NCBI GenBank assembly: GCA_963780225.1
Contig: CAWAAX010000005.1
Location: 1 to 60,189 of the forward strand
Source of the DNA: an uncultured bacterium
GTDB taxonomy: Bacteria > Edwardsbacteria > AC1 > EtOH8
Length of the DNA stretch: 60,189 nucleotides
Direction of reading: 5' to 3'
A model generated the notes under the pieces. The model ran no database searches. It was not told the DNA's origin and saw only the letters and a list, made by a program, of their open reading frames with translations. Positions 51,678 through 60,189 of the stretch are shown piece after piece; within the stretch, counting starts at the first letter, position 1, and each line of letters begins with the position of its first letter. The position numbers and the translations under genes were made by a program.

Positions 51678-52287
51678 TCTTACAATTCATCGACATTTTC
51701 ATCCACCTGGACAAGTACCTGACCACTATAATTCAGAACTATGGGACCTGGACCTATCTGATACTGTTTGCCATCATTTTCTGCGAGACCGGGCTGGTGG
51801 TGCTGCCGTTCCTGCCCGGGGATTCCCTGATCTTCGCCGCCGGGGCACTGGCAGCGCTGGGGGCGCTGGACATCAAGTGGCTGATCATCCTGATGTGCCT
51901 GGCGGCGGTGGCCGGGGACACGGTCAATTACTGGATAGGATACTGGGTGGGGCCGAAGATATTCCAGAAGGAGAACGTGAAACTGCTCAACAAGAAGCAC
52001 CTGATGGAGGCCCACGCCTTTTACGAGAAATACGGCGGGATCACCATCATCCTGGCCCGTTTCATGCCCTTCGTCCGCACCTTTGCCCCGTTCGTGGCCG
52101 GCATCGGCACCATGTCCTACTGGCGCTTCATGAGCTACAACGTGATCGGGGGCATGCCTGGATCAATATCTTCGGCTGGATGGGTTACTATTTCGGCAAC
52201 CTGCCGTATATCAAGAAGAACTTCAGCCTGGTGATCATCGCCATCGTGGTGATCTCGGTGATGCCGGCGGTGATCGAGTACTATTAA
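51674..52287 (+). CDS. dedA: DedA family membrane protein (frameshift near 52155)
   Basis: [34 protein letters not shown]. Confidence 0.9.
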
Positions 52288-52333
52288 ACGCAGGCGCCAA
52301 GACGGGGTTCAGACGAAAGGATAGAATTAACGA

Positions 52334-52759
52334 ATGTCAGAGACAACTTCCATATCCCACCTGGTGAAATACGAGGACCTGAACCATCACGGCACATTGT
52401 TCGCCGGACGGATGTCCGAATGGATGGTGGAGGCCTGTTTCATCTGCGCGGCCCAGGCGGTGAAGAGGCCGGAGGACGTGGTCTGCGTCCAGGTCCACGG
52501 GATGAGCTTCATCAAGCCGGCCCGGCGGGGCGACATCATCCGGGTGGAATCCCAGCTGGCCTACCTGGGACAGAAGAGCCTGACGGTCTACGGACAGGTC
52601 TTTGCAAATCAGGAAACCGTGCCCTACGTCACCAGCTTCGCCACCTTCGTCACCATCGACCAGCAGGGCAAGCCCTACGCCCACGGCCTGACGCTGACCC
52701 CGGAATACATCGAGCAGAACCAGGCTATATACCAGAAGGCCAGGGAACTGAGAAAATAG
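52334..52759 (+). CDS. Hotdog-fold acyl-CoA thioesterase
   Basis: DLNHHGTLFAG, F.KP, TFVTID..GKP. Confidence 0.85.
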   Translation: MSETTSISHLVKYEDLNHHGTLFAGRMSEWMVEACFICAAQAVKRPEDVVCVQVHGMSFIKPARRGDIIRVESQLAYLGQKSLTVYGQVFANQETVPYVTSFATFVTIDQQGKPYAHGLTLTPEYIEQNQAIYQKARELRK

Positions 52760-52919
52760 CATAGACGACGCTGTTATTTTATAAGGAAACCAGGAAGACA
52801 GGAAATATTTTTAAAAGATGCCTTAGTCCCCATTTATGATAATAATCAATACTAATCCGCGTTAATCAGCGTCCTAGATAGATTCAGGATCTGACCATGC
52901 ATAAACAGACTGGAACCAC

Positions 52920-54307
52920 ATGAATTATCCCATCGTAGCCATCATCGGACGCCCCAACGTGGGCAAGTCCACCCTGTTCAACAGGATCCTTAAATCCAAG
53001 GAGGCCATCGTTGACGACATGCCCGGGGTGACCCGGGACCGCAACTACGCCATAGCCGACTGGAACGGGAAATATTTTTACCTGATCGATACCGGCGGGC
53101 TGGTGCCCAACACCAAGGACCGGATGGAGAACTCCATCAAGCGCCAGGTGGACGCGGCCATGGAAGAGGCGGATCTGCTGCTGTTCCTGGTGGACCGCAA
53201 GAGCGGCATGACCGACGCCGACGCCCAGATAGCCAAGATGGTCCGCAAGCAGGGGAAGCCCATTGTGCTGGCGGTCAACAAGGTGGACAAGCCCAAGGAC
53301 GAGGCCGAGGCGTACGAGTTCATGAAACTGGGGCTGGGCGAACCTTTGTTGATAGCGGCCGGTCCGGGCCTGTCCATCGGCGAACTGCTGGACGATGTGG
53401 TCAATAAACTGCCCCCCAGCCCGGAGAAGGACCTTAATGACAAGGCCGTCCATGTGGCCATCGTGGGCAAGCCCAATGCGGGAAATCCTCGCTGGTCAAC
53501 GCCATCGTGGGCCGGGAGCGGGTGATAGTGGATTCGGTGCCGGGCACCACCAGGGATTCGGTGGACACCATCTTCAACTGGAACGACCAGGAATTCGTGT
53601 TGATGGACACCGCCGGCCTAAGGCGCAAGACCAGCGCCCACGACGACGTGGAATTCTACACCCGGCTGCGGACCGAACGGGCGGTGGAGCGCTGCCAGGT
53701 GGGGGTGCTGGTGCTGGACAGCTCCGAGGGGCTGTCCCATCTGGACACCACTTTGGTGGCCATGCTGGAGACCTCCAACAAGGCCCTGGTGGTGGTGATC
53801 AACAAATGGGACCTGATGACCGAAGAGAACAAGGCCAATTACCTGGGCTGGCTTAAAGGCCAGCTGGCGTTTGTCAACTTCGCCGAATTCGTCTTCACCT
53901 CGGCCATAAACAACGACGGGGTCTTTAACCTGCTGCAGAAGATACTTAACGCCTATCACCACTGGAACAAGGTCTTTGAACCGGCGGTGGTGGTCCAGGC
54001 CTTTGAGGATACCATCAAGAAACTGCACCCGCCGGCGGTGAGGGGCAAGGACATCACCCTTTACTCCATCAGACAGGAGGGCCAGGCCCCGCCCCGGTTC
54101 GTGATAGAAAGCAACCTGCCGAATCTGATACCCACCAACTATCTCCGTTACCTCCAGAGCAGCCTGCACACCCGGCTGGCCATCACCGGCACGCCCATCA
54201 GGCTGATGTTCCAGAAGTCCAAAGCGCCCTCGGGCTGGAAGAAGCGGCAGATGCTGGATTTTGGGAAGAGGCCTAAGTTCCGGGCGGAACTGGAAAACAG
54301 CAAGTAA
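52920..54307 (+). CDS. der: Ribosome biogenesis GTPase Der (frameshift near 53483)
   Basis: Two G domains: GRPNVGKS/GVTRD/DTGG and GKPNAGKS/GTTRD/DTAG/NKWD. Confidence 0.94.
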
Positions 54308-54319
54308 ATCATATTTCTG

Positions 54320-54460
54320 TAAGGAAACCCCTCCTTGCGCCACCGCTGTAGCTAAGGCGCACGAGGCAGTAGGTGTAATAGCGTAAGCGGTCGCTAAAGC
54401 TTCCTCCTACGCAACTGCTTCGGCGGACAGGTCGGCGGGCAGGCAGGAATACAAGGAATA
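54320..54460. repeat. Triple-nested hairpin elements in the der-plsY spacer
   Basis: An AGGAA arm contains a cctcc...gctaaagct...cggcgggcagg element, which itself contains two further elements. Confidence 0.7.
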
Positions 54461-54504
54461 TCTTGAAAATTCGTAGTACGAATTGATACGACAAGAGAGC
54501 AAAC

Positions 54505-55162
54505 ATGCCATATAGAATACTATTCATCATAGGCTCTTACCTGTCCGGAGGAATTCCCTTCGGCTACCTGGCCGGAAAGATACTAAAAGGGATCGACACT
54601 CCGGGAGTACGGCAGCAAGAACGTGGGGGCCACCAATGTTCTAAGGGTCATTGGCAAAGGCCCGGGGATTGCGGTCTACCTGCTGGACGCCGTAAAGGGC
54701 CTGCTGCTCGTTCTCTTGGTCCAAATGCTTTGGCCGGTCGCCACGCCCCAGCAGCAATGGTTCCACATTGCCGCCGCCCTGGCTGCCATTCTGGGGCACG
54801 TCTTCACTCCGTACCTGAAGTTCAAGGGCGGCAAGGGCGTGGCCACGGCTTCCGGGGCCATGCTGGGGCTGGCGCCACTGCCGCTGGTGGCGGCATTATT
54901 GGTCTTTGCCCTGGTCTTTGGTATCACCCGATATGTTTCGCTGGGCTCCATCTGCGCCTCGATAGTCTTTCCCATCGGGGTGGCCGTTCAGTTGATACTG
55001 AAGGGCGAAGATCCTTTTGCGCCGATGCTGGCAGTGGGCTGGTTCGTGGTGCTGCTGATACTGGTGACCCACAAGGCCAACATCGTGCGGCTGATGCATG
55101 GCAAGGAGAACAGGATCTCCTTTACAAAGAAGCCAACGGAAACTGAAAACACTAAATCCTAA
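54505..55162 (+). CDS. plsY: Glycerol-3-phosphate acyltransferase PlsY (frameshift near 54600)
   Basis: SYL.GGIPFG, GS.NVGATN, GH, FKGGKGVAT, HKANI.RL. Confidence 0.92.
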
Positions 55163-55302
55163 TTACGAAATTCTAAATAATTTCAAAAAGACAAAATTCT
55201 AATTGCAAAAGTGCTCCAAGGCTTTGGGGAATTGGAGAATTTGAATTTGTTTAGAGTTTAGCATTTCGTATTTCGTGTTTCGTGTTTGGATATTTTACTT
55301 AT

Positions 55303-56310
55303 ATGCTGACCAATAATAAAAATATTTGTATCCTGGGAGCAGGCAACTGGGGCACCACCTTGGCCGTGATCCTGGCTGAACAGGGCCACCGGGTGCGGCT
55401 TTGGGAGTATCTGCCAAAAGCTGCGGAAGAGATCCAGCGAACCCGCCAGAACCGGCAGTTTCTGCCGGGGATAACCATTCCGGACGGGGTCGCGGTCAGC
55501 CCGGAACTGGGTGCGTTCATTGCAGGGGGCTGATATCTGTTTCCTGGCGCTGCCGTCATCGGTGCTCAGGAAGGTCTGAACAAGCCTATCCATTGCTTTC
55601 CTCGGACACAGTGATAGTCAGCGCCATCAAAGGTCTGGAGGACAAGACCCGACCTGCGGATGTCGCAGGTCATCTCTCAGACCCTGAAGGAGAAGGCCGG
55701 AATGGTGGTTCTTTCCGGCCCCAATATCGCTTCCGAGATCGCCCGCCACCTGCCGGCCACCACCGTGGCCGCCTCGAATGATAATTCCGCTGCCGAAGAA
55801 GTCCAGTCGGCCCTAATGTCCAAGTATCTGCGGGTCTACACCGGCAGCGATGTGGCGGGGGCCGAGTTGGGCGGGAGTTTGAAGAACGTTATCGCCATCG
55901 CAGCCGGGATCATAGACGGGATGGAGCTGGGGGCCAACACCAAGGGGGCGCTTTTCGACCCGGGGCCTGGCCGAGATCACCCGGCTGGGAACAGCCCTGG
56001 GAGCCGATCCGGCCACTTTTGCCGGCCTGACCGGAATGGGGGACCTTATCACCACCTGTTCCAGCCCCCACAGCCGCAACCATATCGTGGAAGCAGGATC
56101 GGCCAGGGACAAAGACTGGACGCACACTGAAAAGGAAATGGTGATGGTGGCCGAGGGGGTCAATACCGCCAAGGCGGCCTACGAACTTTCCAAAGAACAT
56201 AAGATCGAGATGCCCATCACCGAGCAGATGTACCTGGTGCTTTTCCAGGACAAATCTCCCGCCAGGCGGTGGAGGCCCTGATGACCCGTGATCCCAAGTC
56301 CGAAAAATGA
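55303..56310 (+). CDS. gpsA: NAD(P)H-dependent glycerol-3-phosphate dehydrogenase (several frameshifts)
   Basis: GAGNWG, SGPN, LKNVIAIAAG, GDLITTC...SRN, AEGV. Confidence 0.88.
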
Positions 56311-57018
56311 ACGCAGAACTGATCTTGGAACAGAACGGCCTGAACATCGTGAGCTTTGACATCCTGAACCGTTACGGCATAAAGCACGGGATGGTCATCA
56401 AGTCAAACGGCCGGGAAATAGACAAGGAGCAGGTTTACAAGAAACTGGGAAGCGGGCAGGCTGGCGGTCACCCATCAGGTCCACGGCGATCACATAGAAA
56501 CTATCCCGCCGGAATATTCCGATACTACCCCAGAAAGATCGAGGCTGACGGACTGATGACCGAAGTTCCCGGCATAATAATAACCATTCATACTGCCGCC
56601 GACTGCGTCCCCATATTCCTGGCGGACAAGGGAAACAAGGCGGTCTGCCTGATCCATGCCGGATGGAAGGGCACCGCCCTGGGCATCGCCCAAAGGGACT
56701 GCAGCAGTTCATGTCGGGATACGGCCTTGAACCGCGAAGCATAGCCGTGGTGATCGGCCCGGCCATCGAGCAGGACTGCTATCAGGTCGGCCCGGAAGTG
56801 GCCGACAGGTTTGATCCGGCGGTCAAAATGCCCGAGGCGGCGGCAAATGGCGGCTGGACCTGAAGGCCGAGAACCGGCGACAATTGATCACTGCCGGTCT
56901 TATGCCTGACGACATTCATCTTTCCAAACTTTGCACCTTCTGCCAGAACAGCCTGCTCCATTCATACCGGAGAGAAAAAGAGCTTAAAGGCCAAATGATC
57001 TCATTTATGGAGGCTTAG
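56307..57018 (+). CDS. pgeF: PgeF/YfiH laccase-domain protein (several frameshifts)
   Basis: QVHG, ADGL.T, ADCVPI, HAGWKG, IGPAI...CYQVG, SYRR. Confidence 0.85.
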
Positions 57019-57021
57019 GAA

Positions 57022-57447
57022 ATGGACGAGCAAACAGCACCGGTGGCGGAAAAGCCGCAGGCCAGACCCAGGATGGACAAATCCGAGCGGATGAAGGTCT
57101 ACCATAACATCCGGGAGGTTTCCCAGATAGCGGAGCTGGAGCCGTATATCCTGAGGTTCTGGGAGAGCGAGTTCTCGGCGCTCAAGCCCAAGACCACCAG
57201 GGGCGGCCGCCGCCAGTACCAGGTGGACGATATCAAGATGGTGCTGCTGATCAAAAAACTTTTGTACCAGGACGGCTACACCATCGCCGGGGCCCGCAAC
57301 CGGCTGAAGGAGATCAAGGAAAAGGAGAGGGACCAGCTGGAAATTCCCTTCAACCAATGGCGCAACCGTTCGGGGGTCAAGGCCATTGCCGGAGAGCTGA
57401 GGCAGGTATTGGCTGTTTTGGACCGGAAGGCCCCGGAATTAAAATAA
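57022..57447 (+). CDS. MerR-family transcriptional regulator
   Basis: IREVS...LRFWESEF..LKP...GGRRQY...GYTIAGA. Confidence 0.9.
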   Translation: MDEQTAPVAEKPQARPRMDKSERMKVYHNIREVSQIAELEPYILRFWESEFSALKPKTTRGGRRQYQVDDIKMVLLIKKLLYQDGYTIAGARNRLKEIKEKERDQLEIPFNQWRNRSGVKAIAGELRQVLAVLDRKAPELK

Positions 57448-57457
57448 TAAATACTGC

Positions 57458-57486
57458 TTGCATTAAAACTGATTTTTTCGTATAAT
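57458..57486 (+). promoter_or_regulatory. Sigma70-type promoter of the tRNA-Pro genes
   Basis: TTGCAT-17 bp-TATAAT, 12 nt before the tRNA. Confidence 0.7.
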
Positions 57487-57498
57487 TACTGTTTGCGT

Positions 57499-57576
57499 CG
57501 GGGTGTAGCGCAGTCCGGTTAGCGCACTTGACTGGGGGTCAAGGGGCCGGTGGTTCGAATCCACTCACCCCGACCA
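57499..57576 (+). tRNA. tRNA-Pro (anticodon GGG)
   Basis: CGGGGTG...CTTGA-CTGGGGG-TCAAG...GGTTCGAATCC...CACCCCGACCA. Confidence 0.95.
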
Positions 57577-57681
57577 TTTTCAACATCAGGCAGGGTCAAC
57601 GGGATGACATGACATGGGAATGTCTGTTGAAAAGAAATCCTGTAACTCCTGTCTATTTTTAAAGGATCAATTAAATCCAAA

Positions 57682-57755
57682 CGGGGTGTAGCGCAGCCCG
57701 GTAGCGCGCTTGGTTCGGGACCAGAAGTTGGAGTCGAATCCTCTCACCCCGACCA
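57682..57755 (+). tRNA. tRNA-Pro (anticodon CGG) with short deletions in the variable/T region (sequencing error or decay)
   Basis: CGGGGTGTAGCGCAG...TGG-TTCGGGA-CCA...CGAATCCTCTCACCCCGACCA. Confidence 0.75.
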
Positions 57756-57766
57756 CTTTAAATGAT

Positions 57767-57808
57767 GGACCAAGAAGTCGCCCCGATGCGATCGGGTTAC
57801 CCCGACCA
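57767..57808 (+). pseudogene. tRNA-Pro 3' fragment whose T-arm is replaced by a cccgat-gcg-atcggg hairpin
   Basis: ggaccaagaagtcg[ccccgatgcgatcgggt]taccccgacca, followed by cttt as after the upstream tRNA. Confidence 0.7.
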
Positions 57809-57954
57809 CTTTTGTAAAACTAAATAAAATACGGCATGGCCTTGGATCCAGACCAGGGAGCGCCTTTTTGCCTTTTATTGTAAAAATAAAAGGCTTTAGT
57901 TTTAAGGGCCAAGGCTAGAGAAAATACCACCATCAACACTATTACAGGAATGAT

Positions 57955-59938
57955 ATGCCATTTTCCGAGTCGGAATTCATCACCAAATTAGTGAGCAAGT
58001 TCCGCCGTACAGTCATCGGCGGCCCCAAGGACGTGGGGACGATCCCACGATCTTTCCACAAGATCTCGCTGGCGGCACTGCTGGCCTGGATAGGGCTGGG
58101 GGCCGACGGATCGTCCTTATCTTCCTACGGGCCGGAAGAGCCTTCCGGGCGCTGGGTTCGCACACCTATCTGGCAATATTTCTGGCTCTGGCCACCGCCC
58201 TGACCGTTTTCATAATCTCATACGCCTATTCCCGGATAATCGAGCATTTCCCCCACGGCGGCGGTGGATACATAGTGGCCACCCACACCCTGGGGGAGAA
58301 GGCCGAAGTGGTCTCCGGCGCGGCCCTGCTGGTGGATTACATTTTGACCATCACGGTTTCCATTGTTTCCTGCGGAGCAGCGCTGTTTAGTTTTCTGCCG
58401 TTACAGTATCATATTTACAAGATCCCTTTCTGCGCCTTACTCATAATCATCCTCATACTTCTTAACCTGAGGGGTATAAAAGAATCGGTTACAGCGCTGA
58501 CCCCAATATTTGTGGTATTCTTTCTGACCCATATCTTCATGATTGGTTATGGGATATTCTCGCACACTTTTGATTTTGCCCCCATCATCGGCGATGTCCA
58601 TAATTCCTTTAAAATCGATATGCAGACCATAGGTTTTATGGGGATCATGGCTATTTTTGTACGGGCCTACTCGCTGGGGGCCGGAACCTATACCGGGATC
58701 GAAGCGGTCTCCAACGGCTTGCAGGTGATGCGCGAACCCAGGGTGCAGACTGGCAAACGGACCATGGCCCTGATGGCCGGCTCGCTGGCCCTGACGGCCG
58801 GTGGATTGTTCCTGTGTTATCTGTTGCTGAGGGTCCAGCCGGTGCATGGCAGGACATTGAACGCGGTTTTGGCCGATGCTTTGTTCGGACAGTGGTCTTT
58901 CGGTAAAATGCTGGCGTTAATCACGATTCTCTCGGAAGGTGCTTTATTGTTTGTAGCAGCCCAGACAGGGTTCATTGACGGACCGAGAGTGATGTCCAAC
59001 ATGGCGGTGGATTCATGGCTGCCCCACCGGTTCGCTTCGCTGTCGGAACGTTTGACCATGAACAACGGCATCCTTTTAATGGGTATATCTTCGCTGGCGC
59101 TGTTATTTTACACCGGAGGTTCGATCTCGGTGTTGGTGATCATGTATTCCATCAACGTTTTTCTTGACATTTTCCCTTTCTGAAACCGGGATGATCCGCT
59201 ATTTTATCGTTAATCGCAAACGGGAAAAAGACTGGAAGAAGCACATTCCGGTTCATATTGTAGGACTTATCCTCTGTTTAACCATCTTGGTTATTGCAAT
59301 GTACGAAAAATTCCTCCAGGGCGGGTGGCTGACATTGGCCATAACCACCCTTTTGATAATAATTTGTTACCGGATCCACAACCATTATGAGACCGTCAAG
59401 AAGGGGTCCCGGGAACTGGATGAGATGCTGCTGGATATTCCCACCAGCGGGTCCAAGAACGTGGAACCGCTTAACCCCAAGGAGATGACGGCGGTGGTGT
59501 TGGTCAACGACTATAATGGCTTCGGGGTCCACACCCTGCTTTCGGTAATCCGCAATTTCCCCAAGCTTTACAAGAATTTCATTTTCATCTCGGTGGCGGT
59601 AGTTGATTCCGGCTCCTTCAAGGGCGCCCAGGAAGTCGATGCCCTTAAGGATTCGGTGGAGGAATCGCTGAAGAAATACGTGGACATAGCCCGGCGCTTC
59701 GGCTTCCCGGCCGATTACCGGATGGACGTGGGCACCGAGGTGATCGACCGCCAGCCTGCTCTGCCAGGAGGTGGCCAAGGAGTATCCCAGATCCACCATC
59801 TTCGCCAGCAAGCTGATATTCACTAGGGAAAGCATCTTCCACCGTTTTCTGCATAACGAAACCCCGTATGCCCTACAGCAGCGGCTTCATGGGCCGGGGA
59901 TCACCACGCGGGTGCTGCCGATCAGGACCACGATCTAA
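57955..59938 (+). CDS. APC-family permease, KimA/YdaO-like (several frameshifts)
   Basis: GLGADG..SSYGPEE, YP/FPHGGGGY, LLVDYILT, YTGIEAVSNG, LHNET. Confidence 0.8.
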
Positions 59939-60107
59939 TGGATACTAAATTCTAAACTCTAAAGCCGAAATCCTAAACAAATACGAATATTGAGTTTTCT
60001 TAATTCTCAAAACTGTTTTGTGCTTTAAGGTTTAGAACTTCGAAATTATTTAGAAATTAGGAATTAGTATTTAAGAATTTCCAAGCAATTTTTCTTAAGA
60101 GGTTAGC

Positions 60108-60189
60108 ATGGACTTATTGATCCAAAAACACGCCCAGGTCATAACCCGGTATTGCCTGGACCTGAAAAAGGGCGAAAAGGTCCTGATCC
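60108..60189 (+). CDS. Probable M29 aminopeptidase N-terminus (truncated by window end)
   Basis: KHAQVITRYCLDLKKGEKVLI after a GAGG RBS. Confidence 0.55.
   Translation, partial: MDLLIQKHAQVITRYCLDLKKGEKVLI

Noticed and set aside
57810..57954. c-di-AMP (ydaO) riboswitch upstream of the KimA-like gene
   Set aside because: Expected from context, but I could not find the conserved GCUGAA, GGGGGAAC or CAGCUAAC-type segments.

Overview
A 60-kb, mostly GC-rich chromosomal segment from a diderm bacterium. The lineage is probably poorly characterised; an Edwardsbacteria/TA06-like lineage is my guess and is unverified. It carries mainly housekeeping genes: cysS (3' part), yebC-ruvC-ruvA-ruvB, rmuC, era, mltG, ruvX, rpmB, the ispE-spoVG-tRNA-Gln-prs-rplY-pth-rpsF-ssb-ssb-rpsR-rplI block, thyA-folA, purB/S/Q/L/F, psd-pssA, der-plsY-gpsA-pgeF, two tRNA-Pro genes and a KimA-like permease. 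Many essential genes have single-base frameshifts, most likely long-read errors. Five things stand out. (1) A tRNA-Gln locus in which a small GIY-YIG nuclease lies between a hairpin-interrupted tRNA copy and the intact tRNA, followed by a 171-bp tandem array; each unit regenerates the tRNA 3' end with a hairpin inserted in it. A smaller parallel case occurs at tRNA-Pro. (2) Several families of short intergenic hairpin (REP/MITE-like) elements that nest inside each other, with both empty and filled sites visible; they have also entered ispE, purL and cysS in frame. (3) An AT-rich two-gene cassette after purL (wHTH plus NDT/TIR-like protein, and a membrane protein) that looks defence-like. (4) A six-gene CsgG/FlgT/LPP20/FecR/beta-barrel envelope cluster. 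(5) A candidate structured ncRNA after spoVG. All family assignments come from motif recognition, not database searches.
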